Of a stretch of 64,000 bases of DNA, positions 28,618 through 42,704 are shown one piece after another. Below the pieces are notes generated by a model. It had not been told where the DNA came from, did no database searches, and was given only the letters and a program-made list of their open reading frames with translations. Position 1 is the stretch's first letter; each line of letters opens with the position of its first letter. The position numbers and the translations under genes are program-made. The stretch covers positions 74,400,001 to 74,464,000 of the forward strand of contig OX597831.1 in assembly GCA_951406725.2 (NCBI GenBank), given 5' to 3'. Source of the DNA: Octopus vulgaris. Its lineage: Eukaryota.

Positions 28618-29972
28618 AGGCGGCAAGCTGGCAGAGTCGTTAGCACGCCGAGTAAAATGCTTAGCGGTACTTTGTCTGTTTCTACGTTCAGAGTTCAAAT
28701 TCCGCCGAGGTCGACTTTGCCTTTCATCCTTTCGGGGTTGATTAAATAAGTACCAGTTACGCACTGGGATCGATATAATCGAATTAATCCGTTTGTCTGT
28801 CCTTGTTTGCTTCCTCTGTGTTTAGCCCCTTGTGGGTAGTAAAGAAATAGGTATTTCGTCTGCCGCTACGTTCTGAGTTCAAATTCCGCCGAGGTCGACT
28901 TTGCCTTTCATCCTTTTCGGGGTCGATAAATTAAATACCAGTTGCATACTTGGGGTCGATCTAATCGACTGCCCCCCCTCCCAAAAAATAACTTTGGGGT
29001 CTTGTGCCTAGAGTAGAAAAGAATATTGTTATCATTGTTACTAAGGCGGTGAGCTGGCAGAGTCGTTAGCACGCCGGACAAAAATGCTTAGTGGCATTTC
29101 GTCCGTCTTTACGTTTTGAATTCAAATTCTACCGAGGTCGATTTTGCCTTTCATCCTTTCGGGGTCGATGACTTCTGGGTTTGATGCAATGCACTAGTCC
29201 CTGCCCCACCCCAACACCAAAAGAAATTTCAGACCTTGTGCCTAAAGTAGAAAAAAATCATCATTATTATTTTCCCCTTTGGCCCCATGGATATATCTTA
29301 TCCCCACCTTCCCGCCATCGGCAATTCTTATATAAACATATGGACGGCACAAAAAAACTATATAAAACCCATCAACAACTCAATGAATCGCAAATATAAT
29401 AAAACATGGTATTTATTTATTGCCCACAAGGGGCTAAACATAGAGGGGGACATACAAAGGGATTAAGTCGATTACATCGACCCCAGTGCGTAACTGGTAC
29501 TTATCGACCCCGAAAGGATGAAAGGCAAAGTCGACCTTGGTGGAATTTGAACTCAGAACAGCGGCAGATGAAATACCTATTTCTTTACTACCCACAAGGG
29601 GCTAAACACAGAGGGGACAGACAAACGGATTAAGTCGATTACATCGACCCCAGTGCGTAACTGGTACTTATCGACCCCGATAGGATGAAAGGCAAAGTCG
29701 ACCTCGGCGGAATTTGAACTCAGAACGTAAAGACAGACGAAATACCTATTTCTTTACTACCCACAAGGGGCTAAACATAGAGGGAACAAACAAGGACAGA
29801 CAAAGGGATTAAGTCGATTACATCGACCCCAGTGCGTAACTGGTACTTATTGGCCCCGATAGGATGAAAGGCAAAGTCGATCTCGACGGAATTTGAACTC
29901 ACAACGTAACGCAGACGAAATACCGCTAAGCATTTCGCCCGGCATGCTAACCATTCTGCCAGCTCACCATCC
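28618..29972. mobile_element. SINE family B cluster (plus-strand tandem and minus-strand multimer)
   Basis: Plus copies at about 28618-29020 and 29044-29170; minus-strand array of three tail units at about 29410-29972. Confidence 0.88.
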
Positions 29973-30356
29973 ACCATATTTATTGCCTTATTAAAAAAAA
30001 ACGCTTAATATACTTTCTCGTGCATCATGGTTGCATAACGAAATAGCGCATCCCTACAAATCATTAAAAGATTTGTTTTAAAAAAAGGTCCCAAGCACAC
30101 CAAGAAACTCTTCAGTGACTCACCCATACGGCTATGGCCCACCCGTATGGCGGCGACTTACCTGTAAGGCAGAGGCACACCTGTAAAAGTGCGGGCTACC
30201 TGTAAGGCTGCGGCCCATATGTTGGCTCCTTCTGACCTACAAAATTGATAGATTCAGTCAATAAAAAAAATGACAATCTATCCTTCCATGACCACCCTTG
30301 ATGACCATATCTACAATGAGATATTTTATGTTTCAATTAATTTTGAGAACCTAACT

Positions 30357-30521
30357 CAGGAGTGGCTGCGTGGTAAGTAGCTTGCTAACCAACCACATGG
30401 TTCCGGGTTCAGTCCCACTGCGTGGCATCTTGGGCAAGTGTCTTCTACTATAGCCCCGGGCCGACCAATGCCTTGTGAGTGGGTTTGGTAGACGGAAACT
30501 GAAAGAAGCCTGTCGTATATA

Positions 30522-30554
<33 letters not shown>

Positions 30555-30745
30555 GTATGTATGTGTATATGTTTGTGTGTCTGTGTTTGTCCCTCTAGCA
30601 TTGCTTGACAACCGATGCTGGTGTGTTTACGTCCCCGTCACTTAGCGGTTCGGCAAAAGAGACCGGGGTCGATTTGCTCGACTAAAGGCGGTGCTCCAGT
30701 ATGGCCGCAGTCAAATGACTGAAACAAGTAAAAGAGAGTAAAAAG
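30357..30745 (+). mobile_element. SINE family A
   Basis: Near-consensus copy. Confidence 0.9.
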
Positions 30746-31114
30746 TATATCGTCCTTTTAAACCGGCGTTTGGAACGACTTATAACAAAAGGTTAGGAGA
30801 GGTTCTAAATTAAATACTAATATCTTAGAATGAGGAAGTTTTGGGTCATAAACTCAGAAACGAACTGAAGGAGGAGGAGCCTCGATGGAAAGGGTCGAAA
30901 CATCACTGGTTGAAACTTTGTTGTTACAGGTGCCGTGTGGCTGCCATAGCCAAAACACTGAACAATCAATTAACCAATCTGAAAATAAGTACCATGAGGT
31001 GGTAGAATTCAACTAATGTACAAGGGTAGAATAAATATTGAGTTAGGGAGGTGGGTGCGTCTTTCTATGCGTTCCGTCATTCTGTAAACACAATTATCGC
31101 AGCAATGGCCCTTC

Positions 31115-31348
31115 TTATTTCTTTATTACCCACAAGGGGCTAAGCATAGAGGGGACAAACAAGGATAGACAAAGGTATTAAAGTCGATTGCATCGACCCC
31201 AGTGCGTAACTGGTACTTAATTTATCGACCCCGAAAGGATGAAAGGCAAAGTCGACCTCGACGGAATTTGAACTCGGAACGTAGCGGCAGACGAAATACC
31301 GCTAAGCATTTCGCCCGGCGTGCTAACGATTCTGCCAACTCACCGCCT
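31115..31348 (-). mobile_element. SINE family B
   Basis: Full-length reverse-complement copy. Confidence 0.9.
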
Positions 31349-31776
31349 TCTTGGCACACGACTTTGTCATTGCTTCAAATACGCAGAAAACAGATTTTTT
31401 AAAAGCATTGAATACGATGCTGGCCTTTAACTTATTTACACACGATTGATGCCCATTTGCAGCCACTTTGACTGAGCCAATGCAGACTTGTCTTTGAAAA
31501 AAAAAAAATGTGTGTCTGTGTGTGAGTCGGGGTCAGTGACAGTGAACGAGGAAATGTCAACAGGGTGGCACCCCTGTCTGGTTACACTAACATGACTGCG
31601 CACACACACACACACGTATATATGTTTATACATACATATGTATGTACACAAACACACGTATTTGTTTCAATACATGCATACACACACACACACACACATC
31701 GCATACACGTATGTATCTACATATACATGTAAGAGTGTGTGTACGCGTATATAATCCCCCAGTCCTGTATACACCC

Positions 31777-31978
31777 TCTCTTTTACTCGTTTCAGTCATT
31801 TGACTGCGGCCATGCTGGAGCACCACCTTTAGTCGAGCAAATCGACCCCGGGACTTATTCTTTGTAAGCCCAGTACTTATTCTATCGGTCTCTTTTGCCG
31901 AACCGCTAAGTGACGGGGACGTAAACACACCAGCATCGGTTGTCAAGCAATGCTAGAGGGACAAACACAGACACACAC

Positions 31979-32011
<33 letters not shown>

Positions 32012-32168
32012 CGACAGGCTTCTTTCAGTTTCCGTCTACCAAATTCCACTCACAAGGCATTGGTCGGCCCGGGACTATAGCAGAAGACACTTGCCCAAGG
32101 TGCCACGCAGTGGGACTGAACCCGCAACCATGTGGTTGGTTAGCAAGCTACTTACCACACAGCCACCC
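31777..32168 (-). mobile_element. SINE family A
   Basis: Near-consensus copy. Confidence 0.9.
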
Positions 32169-34079
32169 CAGTCCTGTATACACTCGTTGATAAAAGTGCA
32201 ACCTGATGCGTGTTTATATTCGTGCACGTCTATTCTGGAACGTTCTCGAAAACTTTTGTTTTTATTCATTCTGGGGGGAAAGTGGAGCAGGGTGTGTGGA
32301 GGTGAGGGACTGAAGGGAAGGGGTGCCGCCCTATTTGTATGCGGTGACGGGGGCTGGGGGTGGGGCCGCGGTTACAACTCCCCGGATGTTTATATAGCCA
32401 ACTTTATATCCATTACCAGGGTTCAGAGACGCTCCCTTATGGCAGGTGATCCACTCCTCTCCCCTCAACCTCCTCACCAACCATCATCATCATCATCATC
32501 ACCATCAGCAGCAGCACTCCTTGGTCTTCAGATCACTCCAGTAACATCATCATTATCAGAGATGAGACCACCCTCATCACAATATACCATACCTATAACC
32601 GCAGCAGCTTCTCCACCTCCCACCATCCTTCTTCTTCTTACTACTACTACTACTACTACTACTACAAACATCATTACTGCTTCCATTTCTAACAACCAAA
32701 TACCACCAGCACCACCGTCGCCATCACCAATAACAGTTGCTACCACCACCGCCACCACCACCACCACACCGCCACCAGCATCATCACCCCCTACCCTTCA
32801 CTACGGTCTCTACCACTGTCATCGCCGCCGCCATCTCCTTACTCACCACTTGCAGCTACCGTCAATTCCACCACGACCACAATGTCCCCCCCCCCCGCGC
32901 CATCTCCGCTACCACCACCACAACCACCACCGCCGCCAACTACATCACCCGTCATTGATACAACCTTTATTCCCCACCCAACTCCTTTGTACTTTGGATT
33001 GCTTATGCCATCACCACCACCGCCATCGTCTCCCGTCTTTAACAGCACCACTACCAGCAGAAGCTGTCACCCTAGTCATCACAACCACCACCATCATCTT
33101 TGCAGGTCGCCATTTATCACTTACCACTCCTTCCCCATCCACCACCACCACCACCACCACCACCATCATCACAACCACTCCCAACGTAAATATATAAACT
33201 ACTACTACTACTACTATCTGCAGTAACAGATCCTGGTTCCATTACTACTACCACCAACACATCAACAACCGTCATATTTCCTAAGAAACTCACTCCTCTT
33301 CCGACTCACTTTGGGCCCTACACAACCGTCATCGCATCATTCCACAATTCCTCGTCGTCGTCGCACTGTCTTCTGTAAGCTCCGAATTCCTCAAAAAGCC
33401 CCACATTTTCCTTGCACGGAGTTTCCATACTGACACCACAAATCACAGAATAATAGTCTTTGCACTTTTATTCCAAGCCTTCCCTTTTCTGTTGGTGCCC
33501 CTTATCCCTTCATCCAGCCTTCAGTACTTTTACCTCCCTTGCACTGACCTTCTCAATGCTCCCTTCTCTCCCAAAAGGGACCAAAAGAAAAATAACATGA
33601 GAGACCTTTTGCTTAGAAATTCCCAGAAGTAAACATCCTGGCACTTTTAAAAACGCCCTTTCTCTGTGTGACATTAGTTTCCTGTCATCTCCCATAAGTA
33701 CACTCATAACTGACCCCTTCCCAATTCTAGAACACTAATCCCTCCTCCACCAACACCCTCATCTTTTGTGTCACTCAGAAGCCTTATAAGTCCCTATGTA
33801 TGTGAGAGACCCAATGCCATTCAGCTCTTTATAACAACCTCCCTGACTGCAACACCCAAACCCTCTTCAAACGCATAGACAGGGCTGGATTAAGACCCTC
33901 TAGAGACCCTAAGCACTTAAAAGATTTTGGTGCCCCCCCATATTTATGTAATTCAAAATATAAATAATAAACCGTATTTTTGTTTTTTTAATGAAACAAA
34001 ACTAACAGTAAACTGAAATATATTTATTTTTATATACTTCCATTTTATATTTGAAAAAGTCTGCTTCAACATTTTTTAG

Positions 34080-34301
34080 TTACTCTCTTTTACTTGTTTC
34101 AGTCATTTGGCTGCGGCCATGCTGGAGCACCGCCTTTAGTTAAGCAAATCGACCCCGGGACTTATTCTTTGTAAGCCCAGTACTTATTCTACCGGTCTCT
34201 TTTGCCGAACCGCTAAGTGACGGGGACGTAAACACACCAGCATCCGTTGTCAAGCAATGCTAGGGGGACAAACACAGACACACAAACATATACACACACA
34301 T

Positions 34302-34332
<31 letters not shown>

Positions 34333-34493
34333 CATATATACGACAGGCTTCTTTCAGTTTCCGTCTACTAAATCCACTCACAAGGCATTGGTCGACCCGG
34401 GGCTATAGCAGAAGACACTTGCCCAAGATACCACGCAGTGGGACTGAACCCGGAACCATGTGGTTGGTTAGCAAGCTACTTACCACACAGCCG
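34080..34493 (-). mobile_element. SINE family A
   Basis: Near-consensus copy. Confidence 0.9.
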
Positions 34494-34993
34494 TTGTTGT
34501 TGTTGTTCATTTGATTCTTATTTGAGTCGCTGTGAAATGACAGATTTCCACGTGCTTTCCTTTGTCAACCATTTACTCATTAAAACTCAAACATCCAGGA
34601 AATACAACAGTTGGTCCATTGGAAAACCTGAAACTAACAATTCTAATAGGGGTTAACCGAGTACCCCTACCCCTCACCGGAGAGTCAATGACTGGAGAAT
34701 TATATATGCCAACAACTAGGTTGACGTTGAAATCATTTTCAGGTGTTCCTGTCATTTATGGGGAAAAAAATCTATAAAAATCAACAAAGAAAGCCAAACA
34801 AAGAAAGCATAAATAAAAAAAATAATAAAAGAAGTAGAAATTGCTGATAAATAATATTTTATATTCTAAATTACAATATATTTAAGAAAGACACCCAATC
34901 TGAACTGACGACAAATGCTTATATATATGTATGTATGTGTATATATATATATTTTAGATATGTGTGTATTTACATGTTTGTTTTACATATATA

Positions 34994-35038
<45 letters not shown>

Positions 35039-35705
35039 ATATATATTTATGTAGTATACATATGTATACACACAAACATACATACATGTACATACCCATG
35101 CATATATACATACATACATACATTTATATACACATGTACGTATCTGTGTGTGCTTATTTGTTTTACACATATATGTGTATACCTATATAAATACACACAC
35201 ACATATACATACGTATGTTTCTGTGAGTGTGTATATATACATGTGTGTACATCAATCGATGTATGTATATGTGTATGTATGTATCTATATATATCTACAT
35301 ATATATATATATATATATATATCAGTGTCATTGTTTAATATCCGCTTTCTGTGCTCACAAGGGTTGGATGGTTTGACAGGAACTGGCCAGGCAGGAGCCT
35401 ACACCAAACTTCAGCGTCTGCCGAAAGAGATGCAGAAGCCTGCCTGGCCAGCATCTGTCAAACCGTCCAACCCATGCCGGCATGGAAAGCGGATTTTTTA
35501 GACGATGATGATATACACACACTCACCCCCCACACATACATACAAACAAATGTACATACATATATACACATGTATACAATGCATACATACACATATATTA
35601 CATATTGATGTATGATATTGCTTTCTGGTTGAAATACTTTCATCAATCTTGATTGTTTAATTACTGTTTTCTTTTCAAGTAATGATGGAGATGTGTAAAA
35701 TACAC

Positions 35706-35711
35706 TTTATT
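35706..35711 (-). terminator. Candidate polyadenylation signal for IDE
   Basis: AATAAA on the minus strand about 810 nt past the IDE stop. The context is AT-rich, so this is weak evidence. Confidence 0.25.
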
Positions 35712-35718
35712 TGGCAAT

Positions 35719-35900
<182 letters not shown>

Positions 35901-36008
35901 ATATGTATATATATATATATATATATTTACAACATATATAAACATATACACATGTACACTTGTGTATATATGCATATATATGCACATAACATATATGTAC
36001 ATACACAC

Positions 36009-36063
<55 letters not shown>

Positions 36064-36287
36064 GATATATATAACTAAACCATGAAATCCATACCAGACC
36101 CCTTCATGCAGATGCATTTTAATGAGTGGTCGTCATTCTGAAACACCTTTATATGGACTTATTACGAACTTCACAGTTGAGAGTATCTATATGTGTGTAT
36201 GCATACATATTCATACATAAATACACGTACATACATACATGCATACATACATATATACATATATATATACATACATATATACATATA

Positions 36288-36350
<63 letters not shown>

Positions 36351-36520
36351 TTATATATGTATGTATATAGGTATATATATATATCGGCAGTGTTGAGAGT
36401 GACGGTACTGTTTGCTGAAGGTTAACAGTTTGCCCTGAAATAGAGCAAATGGGAACTAGAAAAGATTAAAAGACAGAGGAGTTGAAGAGGAAAGGTCAAC
36501 GGTCAGTGGTGTCGCCTGAC

Positions 36521-36625
36521 TCACAACTTAGATTTGGCTGTTTTTGTGACGTCTATGAAAGGCTTGGGTAATGGATAAAGAGCAAGGCTTCGTTTGAATG
36601 CGACAATGTCAGAGATCTCAATTGG
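36521..36625 (-). CDS. IDE: IDE last coding exon with C-terminal PTS1 (-SKL)
   Basis: Long polypyrimidine tract, then tttcag|PIEISDIVAFKRSLALYPLPKPFIDVTKTAKSKL*; matches IDE FKRGLPLFPLVKP...AKL. Not in the ORF track. Confidence 0.94.
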   Translation of the reverse strand, partial: PIEISDIVAFKRSLALYPLPKPFIDVTKTAKSKL

Positions 36626-37844
36626 CTGAAATTAGAAAAAAAAAAAAAAAGAGAAAAATTTAACAAAATAGAAAACAAAAAAAATTCCAAAACACAAAAA
36701 ACAAACAGAGAAACATTAGTGTAGGCTGTTGATATTGCAAGGTTTTAGAAACTTTGAGTGAACGTGAAATAATTTATTTTTAATGGTTGAACATGAAGTA
36801 GAAAAGTTATAAAGAATAGCATTTAAATATTGGTTGACAAAAACTGTTTGCATTGGAGAAGTTGAAGGCTGCCCCAAAGCCTTTTCTGTTCATTGTTTTC
36901 TATTGAAAGGGTTTGTTTTAGCCTAATGTTTACATGGATATATTTTAAATGTTTCTACTTTGAGTATAATTTAGGGGTTTAATTTATTATCACCTGTTAG
37001 TATTCTGGGTCTAATTTCTGTTAAGCTCAACTTTACCTTTCCTCCTTCCAGGGGTTAATAAAACAAAGCACCAGCCAACGACTGGAGTGCCATACATTAG
37101 CTTAATCATGACAAAATTAATTTCCTAAATTCTTCGTTATCTTCAAAATTAATTGAAACAAAGGCAGTGATTCAGAAATAAAAGAGTTCAGCCTTTCGAC
37201 ACTGATTCACCTGGGACCTCCCCCTGATTCTGTGATGGAAACTTTCTTATCTAAAGTGCTTTAAAATCTTTCATCAAAATTTCAAGTTGATTTTGTTCCA
37301 AACACTGACAGTTATTTTAATAAACCGTTATTTTCAGAATTAATTCAAACCAAAGTGTTAAGTAGGGGCATCCAGACATAGAAACCTTGTCGGACATAGG
37401 AGGCCGATGAAGGGTCCGCTTGTTAGTTGGATCCTGTCAAACCCGCCAACCTATACAAGAATGACAGACAGACATTAAGTGATGAAGAGGACCAAAAAGT
37501 ATATCAACAGAAATACTTTTGAAGGGTTTTTCTACAGATTTTCTATAAAATTCAGAGCCAGCACGGAAAGTTATGCGGTTCCGCATACAAATCTGTCGAT
37601 GTAAACAATACGACTGAAGATAGAAAAAAATCAGGAATTGGTTTAGATGCATACTTCAAGAGTCACTGCTCCTCCACCCTAGCACCACATCCAACCCATC
37701 AACTGTGCACTTGATAGATTGGATACTACTTTGGTAGAATATTAGGGTTGCAAAATGAAATACAAGGTTGTTGTCAGCAATGCAAATAGGGTAAGAAAAG
37801 GGTCAGTTCTTCCTTGCAACTAAAATTGCTGGTTTTGGTATCAG

Positions 37845-38028
37845 TGGGTTGGCCGAATCGACTGAGCATCAAAGAGAATGTCTTGTGGAGTGTGCCTGCA
37901 TTTAGTTGAGCAACCCATCTCTGGATGCAGTACAGGGTGTCTGGATGGGTAGCAGCAGCACGCCTCCAGATGTTGGAGCACCTGGGACAGTGCTCCTACG
38001 TCTGGGGCCCCCACAACAGAGATGTGCT
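37845..38028 (-). CDS. IDE: Putative penultimate IDE exon, apparently frame-disrupted, boundaries uncertain
   Basis: Unique sequence at the expected position. Pieces resembling IDE EMLAVDAPRRHKVSVHVL (EHISVVGA / PRRR / LSQVL) alternate between two frames. No clean in-frame acceptor/donor pair was found. Confidence 0.45.
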
Positions 38029-38030
38029 CT

Positions 38031-38067
<37 letters not shown>

Positions 38068-38582
38068 AAAGATGTCAAGCAAGTTAATAAACACATAAAT
38101 ATTTCAAAGTTCATACCTTCTGGAATGGCGGAATTGGGGAGAGACCCTCCTGGGTCTTGGTGCAGGTTTCGTTGACCTTCTGAACAACACTAGAGGGCAC
38201 CACATGTACAGTTAACTTATGTCTAGAAATGGCATCGTAGGCGACAGTGGTCTGAAATTAGACAAGAACGGGGGAGATGTAGAAGGGACAGAAAGTGTGG
38301 AGGGGGAGTCAGGAGGAGAAGGCTGAGGAGGGAGAGAGAAAGAGAGAGAGAGAGAGAGAGATGCAGTAGAAGTCACACAAGATGGTGAGGGAGGACAGGA
38401 GAAGGCTGAAGTAGGAGACAGAGAGAAAAAGTAGGGGCTGGGGGACATCATCATCACTTAAAATTTCAAAATTTGATCGACAACTGTGGGTTAACTAGGT
38501 TTGTTACACAAGTGATAAGGAGAGAAAGTGGAGGAGGAAAAGAGAAGGGGAAAGAGAAGAAAGATGGTGAGAACGAGAAAAG

Positions 38583-38625
<43 letters not shown>

Positions 38626-38811
38626 AAGGTGTGTGTGTGTGTGTGTGTAAGATACTGTGGACTGTGAGGATCCAGTCAACCTACTCCAGCATGGAAATAT
38701 TGATGATGATGATGATGATGACGATGATGATGATGTTGTATATGAGGGACAGTCTCCCCCCACACACACACACACCCATATGCAGACAAAGGTGAAACAC
38801 CAGGCACTTAC

Positions 38812-38873
38812 ATTATAGAAATTAATCAAGTCTGATTTGGTAAGAGTTTTCAAATATTCAACTTCAATATTAT
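38812..38873 (-). CDS. IDE: IDE exon (62 nt)
   Basis: ttccag|(D)NIEVEYLKTLTKSDLINFYN|gtaagt; matches DNTEVAYLKTLTKEDIIKFY; phase 1/0. Confidence 0.95.
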
Positions 38874-39280
38874 CTGGAAGCACAAAAATAATAACAATAA
38901 CAATAATAATAATAATAATAATAATAATATTGTAATATGATATAGCAATGAAAATATAGTAATGATGTATTGTATAATAATCATATTGAAACATATATAA
39001 CAATGTATGGATAAAGTCATGTACCAGACAACAATGTAGTCTAGGATATCACAGAAATATGGGAATTTATTGGAATATGGTATCGTAATAATACGTAATG
39101 AGGTTTACAACAAAGAAAATGTGATAAAAATTGTAGGAATAAAGTGAAGTATTTTGTTGCCATCTTCAAACTGAAAATTAGATAACAACGAAGGTTTCAA
39201 TAAGACTTTCGTAATTCAAGAATTATCTGCTTGGCATTATTTTGCCATTAAATACTTGAATCTTATTCTAATCAATTACA

Positions 39281-39602
39281 CATCATCGTTTAACGTCCGT
39301 TTTCCATACTAGCATGGGTTGGATGGTTCGACCGGGGTCTGGGAAGCCAGAAGGCTGCACCAGTCTCCAGTCTGGTCTGATCTGGCAGTGTTTCTACAGC
39401 TGGATGCCCTTCCTAACGCCAACCACTCCGTGAGTGTAGTGGGTGCTTTTTACGTGCTACTGGCACAGGTGCCAGGAGAGGCTGACAACATCCACGATAG
39501 AAACACTGCCAGATCAAACTAGAGCAGCCTCCTGGCTACCCAGACCCCGGGTCGAACCGTCCAACCCATGCCAGCATGGAAAGCGGACGTTAAACGATGA
39601 TG
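39281..39602. mobile_element. Inverted pair of family E element ends (RTE-related tail)
   Basis: Arm 39281-39396 is the reverse complement of about 39498-39602 (CATCATCGTTTAACGTCCG...CGGACGTTAAACGATGATG). Confidence 0.85.
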
Positions 39603-39763
39603 ATGATGATGAATAAGGTCAGTTTAAATGGTAAAAGGGTTAAGGATTAGCAAACTGGTGGGAAGAAGATAAGAAAGCTAGAATTGACCCCGGGGTCAAA
39701 CAACAACAATGCTACTATTGTTGTTGTTGTTTTTTGTTTAACCCCGGGTCAAAGAAGACTGAC

Positions 39764-39911
39764 CTCTGTCAAAGTTGTACTGTTGACTTGTTATCTCAAC
39801 CCAGTATTTGTAATTCTGTGTGAGGAGTTCCTTGGGAGCCTCCAGGCGTTTCCCTGCCCAGCCTTGGATATTCACGGACACGTCATCCTCGGTAAGATTG
39901 TCCAAGTAGTT
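39764..39911 (-). CDS. IDE: IDE exon (148 nt)
   Basis: tttcag|NYLDNLTEDDVSVNIQGWAGKRLEAPKELLTQNYKYWVEITSQQYNFDR+G|gtcagt; matches YWGEIISQQYNFDR; phase 0/1. Confidence 0.95.
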
Positions 39912-40459
39912 CTGAAAAGACACACAGACAGAGATTTTTATGATCATGACAGAGAGAGAGGGAGAGGTGGTGGGGGAGAGAGAGAGGCTGCGAGACAGAA
40001 TAGAGGGAGTGGTGGGAGGTAAAGAGAAAGTCAGAGGGGTAGTGAGAGTGAGATACAAATGGGAGAGAGAGAGAGAGAGGGGGACATGATTAAAATATTG
40101 CCTCACATTTATTCTGGCACCCCCTCTCTCTCTCTCTCTCTCCACCATCACTGCCACCCCCACTGCCCACCACCACTGGTACTGCCACCAACAACAACAA
40201 CAACATCAACATCAACAAAGGTTTCTGACTTCGGCCACCAATTTTGAGGGGTGGAGTCTTTGCCATTGATTTCAGTTACTGACGGGTGTTCCATTTTATC
40301 AATCGCCATTGGATGAAAGGCTAAGTCAACTTTGGTGGGGAGCAGAAACAAATACAGCAAGGCATGTTCTAACAATTCTGCCAATGCACCATCTTGATGG
40401 TGGTGACAGTGGTGATGGTGAAGATGATGGTGATGTTGATGCTGGTGATTGTTTGTTTG

Positions 40460-40826
40460 TTTGTTGAGCGAAGCAGTCTTCGTCCCAGTGTAGTGGGAGA
40501 AGTCCGAAACGTGGTCCTTTGCTATTCGTAAGACCCGCAAAAGAGAGAGCAGGTCAACCCCCGACACCGAGAGCATCGATGGATGGATGAATGCGCATCC
40601 AGGCTCAGCGGTTGCGTAGGAAGTCGAGGGACAAGAAACAGAAAGAAAGAGTGAGAGAAAGTTGAGGCGAAAGAGTACAACAGGGGTCACCACCACCCCC
40701 TGCCGGAGCCTTGTGGAGCTTTAGGTGTTTTTGCTCAATAAACGCACACAACACCTGGTTTGGGAATCGGAACCGCGATCATCCGACCGCGAGTCCGGTG
40801 CCCTAACCATTGGGCCATTGCGCCTC
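40460..40826 (-). mobile_element. SINE family C
   Basis: GGCGCAATGGCCCAATGGTTAGGGC head and shared body, with a distinct tail. Confidence 0.85.
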
Positions 40827-41779
40827 CACTTGATGCTGGTGATGGTGATGATGATGACAGTGATGGTGGCAGTAGTGGTAGTGATGTTGATGATGATAAA
40901 AAAATAATGATAATAATAATAATAATAAAAGAAGAAATAACAGTTAAATGATGGAATGATTTCTGTGTGGTTGGCAAAGGATTTCTTCAGAATTGGTACA
41001 GAAGACATAAAAACAACAACAACAACAACCAAAATAAAAATTATGGGGGGGGGGGATCACCGAAAACAGCTCCGTCCCCTCACCAACCCCCAGCATCCTT
41101 CTGTCCGTTCCCCTTCCTCCCCCACCACCACCTCTCCCCCCATACCACTATGCACTCCTATAAATAACACCCCTACACACACACACACACGCCTTTAATA
41201 CAAATTAAAAAAAAAAAACACGATAATAATAATGATAATAATAACAAAAACACAAATATACAACATAAAGCAAGAATATATGCAACAAGTAAATACAGCA
41301 ACAAGAACAACAACAACAACAAGAGGACTTTGCTGTCCCAAGAGGCTGCAGAGGCTGTTAACTAGACGAAAGCATTGATGCAGAGCAGACATTATTAACG
41401 TCCTCGACAGATGGTTATATATAATAACAATAATAACAATAACAATAATAATAATAATAATAACAATAACAATAATAATAATAATGATGATGATGATAAT
41501 AATAATAATGATAATAATAACAATTTATTATTATTATTATTATTATTATTAATAACATTAATGTCCATTCTCCATGCATCAACCAATAGATGTTATAGTT
41601 GTAATTGTTATTATGATTGTTGTTGTTGTTGTTTGCACTCTATGCTTGGCGAGGCATCACTGCCTCCCCCTCACTCCGCTTTGGACATTTTATATCTTTA
41701 TCAGCCACCACCACCGCCACCACACTGCTTCTTATAATGTACAACACACACACACACACACACATACATATATATATAC

Positions 41780-41835
<56 letters not shown>

Positions 41836-42298
41836 TCACTATTGCACACGCACACACATGTACAAAAACATAAACACATGGATGCATGAATATGCATACA
41901 CAGTGAAATAGGGGCGTGAACATGCATATACGCAAACACACACACACACCTAATAAAGAATGAGAGAAGAGCCAAGTCCTAGAAATAGCAGGTCGGGGTG
42001 GTGGAGGAGGGGTGGTAGCAAGGTGCAATATGGCAGCCGTGGGGTAGGATAAGGGCAGGATGGGGGCGGTGGTGGGGAGCAACACCCATCCACCCACACA
42101 CCCACCCCCTTAGCATAATATAAATTCTGTGAGACAAGTTCAGTGGCCATGAAATTTGACATTCTGGAGTAATGTGGTGGAGGGAGGGATCGAGTGGTAG
42201 GGTGAGGTAGGAGTAAGAGTGGGAAAGGAGGGAAATAAAGAGTCGCTGAGTAAGGAGAGAGGGTTGGGAGGACCGACGGAAGAGTTTGTTGGGTCTGT

Positions 42299-42334
<36 letters not shown>

Positions 42335-42704
42335 CTCACTTGTTGCTGATTAACAAATCTTTGGTGAAACACATTCCAGGCAGGGCCACTTTCAGATTCC
42401 CTTCATCTTTCTTTAGGACAAGAGAATTTAGCTGCCATTTCTAGTAGATCAAGAGACCATGTGCAGGCTCTCACGCTGTTTGACCAATTGCTTGCTGGCC
42501 AGAGATCTTTCTGGTCCTAGCAGACCAAAGGCTATACAACATATGGCAAGTACATTAAGAGAGACCCTAAACACATGAAAGACAACAAATTCTACCTCTG
42601 CGAAAGGCTGCTAGCAGTTTTCCCATGCTGCCAATTCTGCCAGAATCATAACCAGAGTAATAATTCTAGCCATAGGGGCACCGATGAAGGGAACATTACA
42701 AGAA

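Noticed and set aside
31950-33226. 415-aa Pro/Thr/His-rich ORF (longest in the track)
   Set aside because: It starts inside an antisense SINE and continues through degenerate (CAC/CAT)n low-complexity DNA that lacks stops by composition.
40495-40520. CGAAACGT motif as a possible ribozyme
   Set aside because: There is no upstream CUGANGA-like core; it lies in a SINE tail.
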